This document shows positions 13,692 to 26,400 of a stretch of 64,000 bases of DNA, in pieces (within the stretch, counting starts at the first letter, position 1; each line of letters opens with the position of its first letter). Position numbers and translations under genes: made by a program. The DNA lies in the NCBI GenBank assembly GCA_002633005.1, contig NMRA01000004.1:114353-178352 (forward strand). The letters are read 5' to 3'. This DNA comes from Phoronis australis (lineage: Eukaryota; Animalia; Phoronida). Below the pieces are notes generated by a model. The model was not told where the DNA came from. It ran no database searches and worked only from the letters and a program-made list of their open reading frames with translations.

Positions 13692-14211
13692 CCTTATGAT
13701 GCTGAACTCCTGAGTTCTCAGGACTGAGGTTAGTAAAGTTTAAACTTTTTAAAGTGTTTTGTAACAGTTGTGATAAATCTACAACTAAGTTAGTGTTATT
13801 TCGCTATCCGTAGTCGTTGTAATAAAGCTATTCATCTTTGTTTTAGTTCAGAACAAGAGAAATTGAAAGAAGTCGCTGATCAGTGTTCGACTTCACGTCG
13901 ACAACGCAACACAACTACTCCCGGCGAAAGCGACTTAATTTGTGAATGGTGTCAAACACGATGTCAACTTAGTAGTAACGCCAAACAGAGTACAAGATAT
14001 CTTGTGTACTGACGACTCGCTCTTTAACATTGGAAGAAAGCTGTCACTTAGATGCTATTTGTGACTGATAACCTCAGAATCTTGCAGTTGCACAGAACCA
14101 AGTCAAACAAGAATTCTTGTTTAGTTTGACAATAAGGCAGCAGTGTGGCGCCTTTAATCAATCCGACTCTTCTTATATATAAAAGACATTTTAACATCTT
14201 AAGGACTCAAG

Positions 14212-14412
14212 ATGTATCGTGCTAGGACGTTCATGACCAGTGCTAAGCCACTGGTAAGAAATGCAGCACAAACGAGACCGCTTGCTTTAATATATCAAGC
14301 GAGACAGTATGTGGCACCCGTTGCGGCAGAACCATTCCTTAATGGAAGTTCGTCAACATATGTTGAAGAGATGTACCAGGCCTGGCAAGTCGATCCTGAT
14401 AGTGTGCATAAA
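14212..14412 (+). CDS. OGDH: OGDH coding exon 1 (mitochondrial presequence plus AEPFLNGSS)
   Basis: MYRARTF...[29 protein letters not shown]|gtaagt; Arg-rich, acid-free N-terminus. Confidence 0.95.
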
Positions 14413-17400
14413 GTAAGTACAGGAATCGAGAAGGATGTGACACGACCATTATGTTTCTATTGTTGAAAACATGGTTACAGGCCCGATGTGTGTACAGTGT
14501 TTCCCCTGCGTGTAAAAATCATTCTTCTTTTTGCTCTCCCCCAGGGAAAATACCGCTGGTTTTGGCAACTTTCCTTATAAGCTTTGAAACAAGAAGTGCA
14601 ATAATGCTTGCGATCATGTGTAGAGTGTTTTAAACAAGTGAAAAGGTATAAACTTCCCGGTTTTGCTTCAATTTTCGAAAGATGGATCAATGCTTAACTA
14701 TGTTGTTAAAAATTCTAGAAGATACCTCGATAGTACCGTCTTGTGAAGTGGGCCAGTGTAGCCGGGACAGATGGTGATTATACCATAAGGCCGCAATACG
14801 TCAGAAACTTTTTGGCTAAGCGATTGCTATAAGTTCCTTTTGAGCATAGAGGGACACCTGAGGAGGTCTTTGACATCTTTGATTCCTTCAAAGTTCAAAC
14901 TCAAACAAATGCTTCAGTAGTAAAGGTTTTTTCCCAATATGTTTGTTTCTTCTTTTGTCAATGACGCCATTTTTTAAGTACGAAAGGTCCAACCCTTAAG
15001 TCCAAGTTTCAGGCATTGGGGAATTTTGGTGGATTGCTAGTGAAGTACATTAGTGATTGGCTTAATATGGAAGTCATTGAAGTTGACCTCGACATGGTTT
15101 AAAAAATTTCATGCTGTTACAATCAAAACAGAAATGAATAATTTCTCAGAACCCGTCAGTTCCCATTTGGGTAACTGAACAAGGGACTATTCTTAATGAA
15201 ATGTTGATTATTAGAGGTGAAAGGAATTGCAGATATCAACACCTCCAAAGGTGTCCCTCAAAGCTCAAAATTGCTGTAAATTGTACACTATGCTTGAAAG
15301 GTACTTGTAGCAATGTGAGGCATAATTTACTGAAAAGCTTCCTGTGTGTAGATTACGTATGGGTATTCTACCAACTAATAGGCATCATCAATTCAGGAAA
15401 CAATGTAATTCATGGAATATTAGCGGTTTCAACGAAATATATAAAAAAATTATCGCTTAATAGAATTCAAATATTTCATTAGTAGATAACAAGATTTTAA
15501 TAATTTTAATACACAGCCAAAAACTCCCTAAACTAAGGCTACTTATTTCCCAGAAACTGAGCATATGAAAATGACCTAGATGGTGTTCAGGATGACATTC
15601 TTTGGTATACCAATGAAAGATTCATTCTCAAAAATAAGTACAGTCATAAAATACTTAATGTACTAGCAAGCTACATCAATGCATTACAATGTGTAAAACA
15701 TTTCATGGCATTATAATTTTTTCATAGTGACCATTTTGTGAATCGTTTTTTGTCGTCTGCCTCGGTATCTGCCAAACCGCTTCAAGGATCTTTGACACTT
15801 GGGCACTAATGGCTTAGATTTTCAGACAGGTCCAACTACTTTGGTGCTCTTAGTGGCGTTATCTTCTATAGCTGTATCTCCTAAACCCGTTGTGAGATTT
15901 GTTGGAAATTTGACCAGTGTACGTATTCCCAATCTTGCTGCCTCTGAGCTTACTAATGGGATTTTTTTCATGTTAAACTCTGTATTTTTGGAATTCTTCA
16001 GACATATTTTCATGAAAGTTAGCGAATAATTTCCAGGGAGACAACTGAGACAACACCTTTCAAATTTCGGATGAGTTTAACGTGTTCTATGCCATCTAGT
16101 GGCCATTTCTTGATACTAATAAATTTATAACACTCTTAGAAGTGTACTGTTTGCTAGACAGTTTTGAGCACATTCAAAGCAGCCCACTGCGCTCATTTCC
16201 AAAAAATGCCACACTGCGTTTGACTATGTGGGATTTCAATGAGCTTTTATTTTGAGCAATCACAGCATGCTCCGAAGTTGAAATGATCGCATTTTCAACC
16301 TCTGAAAATTTAGACTGTGTGCAGCGCGTACACGTCATAGCGAACACTAAAATGTTACTTTTTTGGTCTAAAAGAGAAAATCAATTGTGTTCCGTGATAT
16401 TTAAACAGGTTAGATGTAAATCAAACAGGTTGTAACAATCTGTTAATATGGGTCATGGAGAACACTGAATTTATAATTATTATTATGCGCCCACATATTT
16501 ATATGTGGACGCGTTATGCCATCATCTCCGTCCGTCCGGGCGTCATCCATCCAGCGTCCATCCGGCGTCCGCTGCTCTATCTCCAAAACCCTTTGACATA
16601 CGTTCATGAAATTTGGCACATATATATATATATATGTTCCATTCATGAATGGGACAGCATGAGCGAACTTGCAGACGGATCCAACTACCGGTGTGCCTCA
16701 TAGTGGCAATTTTAGTTTTTTACGCTTACCTTTGTACCTTCAAAAGTCCTGAAAGTATTTTCATGAAATTTGGTATGTAGGTACCTATTAGTGAGATTTG
16801 ACGTAGTTTGCGCCACCTAGTGGTCATTTTTACTGTTTGCGTCCCCCTCTCTATCAACCAAACCACTTAAAGGATGATTGTGAAAATTGGCATGTATGAG
16901 CTTACTATGAAGAGGACGGTTGATGATGATTTTTGGACGATTTCGACTACTGTGGCGCCTCCTAGTGGCGTTTTTTTTTGCGCCTATGTATGTATCTCCT
17001 AAACTGTTTGCAGGATCTTTACGAAATTTAGTAAGGATATTAATATGATGCCAACAACGGACGACAACGACTTTTGACAGATCCGACTACCGTTGTGTCC
17101 CCTAGTGGCAATTTTATTTTTTTACATACAAGCTCACTCTATAACAACTTGCACTAGTGCCCAGGTTTGTGACCACATAATGATTAGTGGCACGAGTTGC
17201 CCTAGAACGAGTTACCCTATCTTTATGGGCTGGAGTAAGTTGTCACAAGTGGAGTAAGTAGCATTAGTTAAATAGAGTCCAGTCAGCCCTCAAACCTAGT
17301 GACAGGTTGATCAAGGAGTAACTTATCTAAGGTAAGTATGTGTGGATAGCACTTTGGTTAATGCCTATGCTCGACTTAACACCCAATTCCAATTTATACA

Positions 17401-20400
17401 ACTTAACTCCCAATTCCAATTTATACGACTTAACACCTAATTCCAATGTATACGACTTAACACCCAATTCCAATTTATACGACTTAACACCCAATTCCAA
17501 TTTATACGACTTAACACCCAATTCCAATTTATACGACTTAACACACATGAACACACATGTTGTTGTCACGTGACATTTGTTTTGAACTGCGTCTGCGTGT
17601 ATGAGTAAGTGAGCGCGTGCGTGTCATCAGAGTTCATTTGCCAAGTGTAAACACAATCCAACGAGTTAGATGTGCATTGTATCTAAAAGAAATTAGCTCC
17701 AGCAGTAGGCCTAAAGCAGAACGTGTTTCATTTATCACCTGCCGGTCTCGTGTGCTAAAAACATTCGACATTTGTTTCATTGAGGCCCATATTAGCCGCC
17801 ATGTGGCTGGATGCATTCGTGACTATCTGACTGTTATTTTTCGGTGTAAGGGTGTGTAAGCATTCACTGTCAGTGGTCATTTTATCGATTATTTGGCTTT
17901 AAAAACACCAATTATGATCGTTAATCAAACAATCCCTCTAAAAATAACGCAAATATTTTTTATAGTATTAGAAACTTTCGGAAATTAGTTCCAATATTCA
18001 TTTCTTACCGATGCTATGCTACCCCTTTCATGAATGGATAGTTCCCGACTAATGTCTTTGATGACTGGTACACGTATGCATCACGCTCTTTCTGGCCACG
18101 TGCTTTTAACACTGGCCAAGTTTTTTATTTCTCTTCGATTCATGCCGGGTTTTCACGTGTACAAAGAAAGTTGGATTCCTGTTGAGGGCTTGAAATATCT
18201 ACAATACAATCCTGTTGACAAGTACGCTACGTCTGTTCTGAAAGGCCAGACCATAGTGGGAAACATTCCTAGCAAGATCAGCAAAACTTTTGTGTTCGTT
18301 TTGAGGCATGGCTGAAGTTTGAAGTGTATAGTTACGGCTTAATACAGACATAGCGGTGAGGCTCGTGGTCTGTGCACAATGATTTTTTTCAGGACAGTCG
18401 GATATTATTGATAAATTGAAGACGTTACTGTAGAATTTTAGGACTGTAGGTAAGGCATTTTTGGCATGTACACGTTCATGGGCTGGGCGCTTATAGGGGC
18501 ATGGGCGGTTATTACGGCGAATACAGTAAATGTTTCGGATTGACTATGTATGCTGCAAAGCTGGTGTTGTGCTTTGTTTATAATTGTTTTCAACTGCATC
18601 TCTGGTGTGCATAAGTATGCAAAAAAGACTGTCAAGGGGTACAGATTCATCTGTATATTGCAGAGCATGTTGAAGAGTTGTGTACTAAGGGGAATCTTAT
18701 TGTTAAAGTGATGACAGCATAGGAACTTTGAAATGTATCAATTGCTAATTTGCTGCTGGAAGCTTAGTCAAGTACCCACTCTAATGAGTGCCATTCAACT
18801 CTATTGATTGCACAAAACATAATAGGAATAAGTTTTTACAGCTTCAATGCATTTATAATTCCTGTACAGCTGTGTTATTGAGCTTTCTTTGAAATCAAAT
18901 CCATGTATGCTATATACAGGGATGGAGTTAAGTTTTTACAATAGTAGGTGAATTTGTGCCTTGACAGGTATTTAGTCGCATATCTAGAAAACTATAGATT
19001 TCAACACGATAGGAGTTTATGTTTTCAGAATGTGGAAAGCCTGTATAATTTGATTTTTAACTTTATACCAAAAACCAGACGATCACCGCACAATTAATAA
19101 AAAAGTTCATGTTCAATTCAATGTTTTGTCTTTTCATTAGACATCGTCAGGATCATATTTACAACAATTTAGGACAACAAGTGCCAACATACAGCTCAGG
19201 TAACGTCCATAGAGTGAAGTAAGAGATACATAGATGGATGTTACCTGAGCTGTATGTTGGCACTTGTTGTCCTAAATTGTTGTAAATATGATCCTGATGA
19301 TGTCTAATGAAAAGACAAGTCGTTGAATTGAACATGAACTTTTTTATTTGTGTGGCGATCATCCGGTTTTTGATCTTATTGTAGCCAAAAACTGATTTAA
19401 TTAACTTTATACCAATCTGCTATTAATTGGGTTACATGACCATGTCGTTTTAGCAATATTATAAGCAAAATAAAGGTACATGCATTAGCAAAATTAGGTA
19501 TCACAGACAAGCCCAAATTTTGTTAAGCGTTAGTGTTCCCATCAGCTTCGGAGTTATAGTTCTGCGAAGTTATCACAAGGTGGCGCTAATATGACCTTTT
19601 GTCTTATGGCCTTGCTGTTTTTGCTTGCCGTCAAACTTGGGAAGGACCTCTCCCCAGATGGAAACTAGAACATCGACTTCACAAGGGAGCTAACGGGTGC
19701 CACGTTGGGACGATGACGATGTACTAGAAAATGATATATGAAAAAAATTGACTCTGGCGCAGGTTAACAGCTGATCCAAACAAAGGTGGTATGGCATGGC
19801 GGGAACTCGTTTTTTTATTGTGAAGAATCTAGCAAATTGATGGATAAATTGAAATAGACTGCTTATACTGCCAAAGTAGTAATTATTAATACAAATGTTA
19901 ACAATCAGTTAACAGTCATTGCCCACCGTTGGCAAATGCAGGCAATGACCCCTGCTGATAACTCTGATGGCATCGAAGTTAAGTGTTCCCATAGTAGCGA
20001 AGCATTCACACTTGGCTGTTCAATACACCTCTTCATGTTTAGCTTGTGCTGTTATCTTTGATTCACGACAGAAGTTAATTGTTCCCATTGACCGAAGCTC
20101 CAGAGCCAGTGGGAAAGGATTTGTAAACTGCTTTGCGATTAGATTTAGTAAAGACCAGTTTGCATTTGGAAGATATTTTTGATCAACAAGATAACCCAAA
20201 GTCAGTGGATGGGATTAAAACCCTGTTCTAATTACGGACTCACAAAACACGATCCACGCACCCAAATACACGGGACACGGACTCATATTCACGAGGAAAC
20301 AAGGTTAACAGACCGCCAAACACAGGTCACGGAAAAAATGAAGATGTCAGCTGACCCAGGAAGCCGATGAGTCTGTGACCCGTGTTTGGCGGTCCGTTAA

Positions 20401-23400
20401 CAGTGTTTCCTCGTGAATATGAGTCCGTGTCCCGTGTATTTGGGTGCGTGGATCGTGTTTTGTGAGTCCGTTCCCGTGTTTGTGAGTCAGTGGACGGTGT
20501 TTGCAGGTCCGTGAGTGGTGTTCATGCGTCCGTGCCCGTGTTTATGAGTCCGTTGACCGTGTAGTTTAGGTACCTTGCACTCTAGTCATGTAGTTGTTCA
20601 CTTATGGTGGTCGTACACAAATGCCCAACAGCATTTTGCTTATGAAGAGTTGCAGCATATGCTACTGGTAGTTTGCTCTTGGTAAGTGGGTTATTTGCTG
20701 GCACATTCAGACATTCTATTTGCCTTCTGATAAAAATTCACCTGCCTGTGTGAATGTGGATTTTTTCACAGTATGATTCAATGTTACATGCGTGATCATA
20801 GATATCAAGTGATGCGAGATTTATGATATGCCAGCTGATGTTAACCACGGGGGAGGGGGGGAAGTGCTGCTACACAAAATCGCGGTGACCTTTAACTGGA
20901 AAGCATTTTATTCATATTTTTGTCACGGTAGAGGTATTTTGATTTTGTGTCGTGTCCAATTGACCAATCTAATCACATGACAGCTGAATCCACCGTGACT
21001 TTTCTCAGAGTATTTGCCAATTACAGTGAAGTGCCTTATCTCTTACCTGGCAATTATGGAACATTTATCTTATCCTATCCAAAGTACAGTAAAGTTTCTT
21101 TAATTTAGAACACAGTATGACCAAACAGTGAAAATAATATTATCAAAATTTTTAACAAAAGTAAATACTAAGAGAAAACTGAGCTTAATCATGTGCAAGA
21201 GAGTCGGGTATGTATTTAGCAAAGACTCAGTTCAGAAAATTATGAATTCAGGCAGTTTTTGGAGTTTGTAACTTTTCCATCTCAGTCTGTGCAATGAGTT
21301 GCTGAAGGATCTTTAGCCAAACTTCCATGCTTGTAGAATTTAGTTTCTTTTGGATGTAGCCAAATCAAAATAGCTTTATTCTCCATTTTTTCTGAAACGT
21401 CAAAAGTAACATTACTCTGGTCAGAGGCAACATGTAGTCTTTTTAGTCACGCACTGTCTGATGTCGGAGTGCTTGGATCTACTGAAATATCCATGTTAAG
21501 TGTGTAGCCTGTTCTTACCTCACTTTTTCTGTTGTAATGGATCGATTCTTATCATGGCTTTTATTTTTATTTGTCAAGAAGCCTGAAAACTGACTTCCAT
21601 TAATTACGTCAAGCTCTCACTCCAATGATTTCAATTTTGTTTTCTATCATCTGTCTTTAAAATAAACATCAAGAAAATACTTAAAATTATGAAGATTTTT
21701 GTGTAGTTGTTTCAAAATTAATTATGACAGTATTCTGTCAAAACTTGACCAAACTTGGGTGAACTTCCTGTCAGAATTATTGGGGAATTTTGTCAAATAT
21801 TTGTGACGTCGTAATAAAATGGCATTTGTGTCAAACTTAAGTCAGAATTTAATATGCTTTATTGCGACCAGTCACTAATTGTTTGTGTTGTAAACGGACA
21901 AGTTTGCAATGTCGTGGTTTCAACAAAGTATGTGACGCCATGTCTGCCGAGATTTACCAGAATGGAAACATGTTCTAGTCTAAAAGAAATGGGTATTCCG
22001 TCGCCACTCTGTTAGTTGAAACTTCGAATTTTGATGCTGCCCAGTTTATTTTGAAAACTACTGTACATCAGAACTGCCAAGCCCATAAAATTAAAGACCT
22101 AAAATACTTGACAGGTGGGTATCCACTCTGTCCATACTAAACCTTGAGACACCTGGGAAATAATGTTCTGTATGAAAGTACCCTAACACGAAGCCTGCAG
22201 TTGGTAAATACTTCTGACATGTTGGCAGGTTTGCAACAACACTGGGACTTGCCTTGGAGTAAGTTACCCTATAAAAAGTTAAGTTACCTCCATGAGGTGT
22301 GGTAAGTTGTCACAGGTCTGTCAACTTCCCCCAGCACAAATATTGCCCATACACACTACTACTAAACGTAGCAACGCCGCTGCCTCGTTTTTGGAATAAT
22401 TTGTTCAATGTGGATCTTAGTGTAGTTATTGTTTGTTGTTAACTGTGCACACAGCACTGAATAATGAGGTGGCACAACCATCACTCCCCCATTTTGTTTT
22501 GAAATTCACTTTCATTGAGCAAACACATGACCTACTGCACAGACTTAATTAACACTGAGAAAAGGCCAGGAGATGCAGAAACATCAGCATTCCTCCTTTA
22601 AAGCCCCATAAACTTAACAGAGGCCAACATTTTCACAAACAAAAACATATTAACTGGTTACTGCTAGGAAGTAACAGTGATAGTACTGAAGACAAGTACT
22701 TCCAGAAACGTCACCCTTTTGCTGCAATTAATTCCATAAACTTAGCCCCTTTTGTAGGGATTATGATTCCTGAAACAGTACAAAAAGAGATGCTATGTTA
22801 TCAAAGATAAGTACAAACAACATTTTAAAAGTTAGTAGAGTTAATAATCTCATTCTGTAAATTTTTGCAGTAGGAAAAGACTTTTTATTGAGTTTCGAAC
22901 TCTCAAGATGAACCCTTTTTGAACAATTAAGTCCAAAAACTCGTAGGAAATTTTTTTCAAAAAGGCACCTGTTCACAAAGCAAGTGATCATGAAAAGATC
23001 ACCTAGATAAAAGGCTTGTCCCATTTAGCTCTTCTGTGGAAGACACTTAACCAAAATGCTCTCTTTTCTCTGTAGTCATGGGATGCCTTCTTTCGTAATG
23101 CCACTCTGGGTGCCGCGCCAGGCCATGCGTACACATCTCCACCGTCTTTGTCACAGTCATCTCTGCCGGTGTCTGCACCAACGCCATCTGCAGCTTACGA
23201 CACCAGATCAGTTGAGGATCATCTCTCTGTCACCAACATCATCAGGTCTTATCAGGTATGTAGCAAAATCCTTACAACTTAGTCTTTATGGGTTCCTTCC
23301 ATTTGCTTGTTTAAAACAATATTGTTGGAAGACTTTCAGTGTTCAGCGATAATGTTGGTCATTATTGATTACTTGACTGTTTTTTCAGATTAAAAATCTG

Positions 23401-26400
23401 TTGAAGTATGCTATTTAGTTTTACATGTTGTGATGGTAACAGGGTCAATGTAGAGTTAATGCAGTCTTGAACTTGTAATGAAAATTTACATTTTTTCAGG
23501 TGGATTATAGTTTTAGAACCTTATTTTTTGCTCATCATTCTCACTTCACAGTGCCTTCGTAAACTTGATCTTATTGTAAGAAAAATCTTTCAGTCTGTGC
23601 AACTGAATGTCAGTTGTTCCTTCTCCTGTGTGCATATTGGTTGTCATTGTAATGACTTGTGATTGATTTTCCTCAGAAGTCATCACTGCTCAACAAAAAT
23701 GACCTTTCATTGATCATTTTAGAAGCCTCATTAGTTGGTACGCCAATCATGATGAGCAATAGCTATTTCCTGAAGTAGTACAGCGCCCTCTGTGGTTCAG
23801 CGGTATTCACCCAGACTACTGTGCTTCCTAAGCACACTCGTCCCGCTGTTGTCGTGCTAGTCACTATTTCATTTCAAAATTGGTTCGTCATAGTTCGTCT
23901 GATATTTATGAGTTTTATTGTTATGGAGTGTGTTGTAATGCTGACATATAAATTTGAAAAGCAGATTGGAGTGTGATCTATCATTCTTCACGAGTCCATC
24001 TTGGCTCATAAGTGTGTTAGCGACCTTACCTCTTGAAACTAGATCAGCTATGATGCATTTTTCTACCTTAATGTGAAAAGGCGAATAACAAAAGTGGAAA
24101 TTTCAAGTGTTCATTATACTCTGCAGTTTCATAAATTCATCACTTTTTGTTTCATCACATTTGTGCATATTTTTAGCCTGTATGCATTTTGAGTTGTATC
24201 TATTTCTGTATTTAGTCACATGTACCCGGTTGTCCGAGAGACTTGACTATGTTCCTTACCCTTTCGCTGCACTTTGTGAATTTTCGAAGACATCGGTTGT
24301 TCATTCTTATGCTATTTTATTTTGATTACAAAGTTAATGTTTGACTTTGATTTGGAGTAAACTCTATGTTTAATTTTCAATATTACTGAAGGTTCTTTTC
24401 ATCCACCATCCCTAATTTAAGGTCAAAATCTAATTCGTTTTCATTGAAATAAGGGTTCAGTACTTAGATATTTTATTAAAAAATGTTCTAAGTCAAAGAG
24501 AAGCTCATTATTAAGATAAAGTGATAAAAACAGATCATTTGTAAGTAAACAAGGACATAAATACACAGAAGGCTTAAGGAACTTAGTGCGTGAATCACTA
24601 TTGCCCCCATGTAAACGGGCACTGTTCCCTCACACAAAACTCTTGAGCAAAAACCACTGTGCAACTTTTTAATGTTTTAATGCTGACACTTGACTGTACT
24701 GTAATAACATTAATACTGAGTGTGTTCTATTCTGTTTTAAGTCTTTGCCAAAATTTCGATTGCTTGTAGTCGTGCTAAGTTTGTATTTGACTGCCCACTT
24801 GCGATAAGATCTTTGGAAATTTACATCACAATATGGCAGGCAAGAGAACTGTAATCTTTTTGTTTTATAAAAGATAAGTAGCACGCTATAAATAACATGA
24901 CCATTTTATATCTTCTTTGCGTTAGCCACAATCGGACAGTTTTTGAGAAATTGAAGACATTCAGAATGTTGTCAGTAGCCTTTTGAAAAATGTTATTTTT
25001 TGGTAATTCTTTGTGTGAAATTGGTCAGATTTTAGTGTACCTTACAATTACAACTACAAGTCGCTTATATTTCTTTGTTAAAAGCATTTCACATTGTTTT
25101 CGCAATACAACCATTGGGTTCCCTCCCATTAGTTTCAAAACTTTAAATTTGCTATCCACTGATTCAGAATTTGCTTCTTCAGTGTCATCTACTTCATTTT
25201 GAACGTAGTTACCATGGCAACGATTTACAAATTCCAACGGCACTTCTGTCTAAATTGTTTCAATATTTGCTCTATCTCTCAAGCTGTACTCGCTGTTTGA
25301 TTAATTGTGTTGTAAATTAAGTTAATCGTTCTCTTTTCAGCCACCGTATTGGATTTATTGGGCAGTGGCGTTGCAGTGGTGTTGTCTTGTTGTAACAGCT
25401 GATATATTATGTTCATTTGTGTTCTGTCTACCTCGATTTTAAATTATTCACACTCCTTCAATCTACATAAACGTTATTTTCTAAATTATGTGAATTACGT
25501 GTGAATTCCCATGGAATTGTAATCAGTGTTGTTTACGTTTCATGTTTTTCCAATATAGTCACAAAAACGTCAGTTGTTTTTCCCGAGGCATATTCAGCCA
25601 AGAAAAGGTCTCCGAATCTCATTTCATCTTTGACAAACACATTTTAATTTTCTTTGCATGCAACAAAGTCAGAAAATTTGACCATAGGCAGACCTTGGGT
25701 TTACGCAATTTCATGGCGTACATATTGACTGCACATTTTGCAATTAGTTTTTTCACTGTTGTGTAACCTTCATCTCCCCTCACTAGGCACTGGGACATCA
25801 CATAGCCAAGGTCGATCCGCTGGGCATCTCGTTTGCAGACCTCGATTCTGAGGTGCCCCTCGGAATCATTCCCAACACTTATGGACTAGGTAGGTGACTC
25901 CAATGGCGTTCCAGGTGTCGCGACGTGCGGAAACTCTATGTATACTGTGGCGCAAATTTATTGATTAGAAGTCGTAGTACACTAATGGTGTACTGAAGTT
26001 TATTGTTTGCCTTGAGTTAACTAGGCTTATTCACTGATTTCAATAAAACAAAACGTGTCCTCAGCATGATAGGTATTTCAACTGTGTGAAATTTTGTTGA
26101 CCAGAATGAAACTTTTCTTGAAAGGAAGTAGAACTGGATAATGAAGGTGAACTGGAAATGGATATTGCATATTGCGACACAGTATATGTCTGGTTTCTGC
26201 TTGTTCTCGCTGTATTCCCCATGTATGTAACAAGTGGTGTGACTGTGTATATACCTGTCTTCATTACCGCAATGCATTCTGTCTGTTTTATCAAATCCTA
26301 TACCGTAAACTGCATGCAATCAGGTTAAAGACTTGAAAGATGATTCATTGGCTCAGTATCTCGGATATTAAAATCTGTTGTCATGCAACTCTCCAAATGC

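Noticed and set aside
17327-17573. Repeat-protein ORFs or CRISPR-like array
   Set aside because: 27-bp minisatellite without unique spacers; open frames follow from the unit length being a multiple of 3.
22686-22712. CTGAAGA...GAAACGTC hammerhead-like string
   Set aside because: No closing stem II pair and no stem I complementarity.
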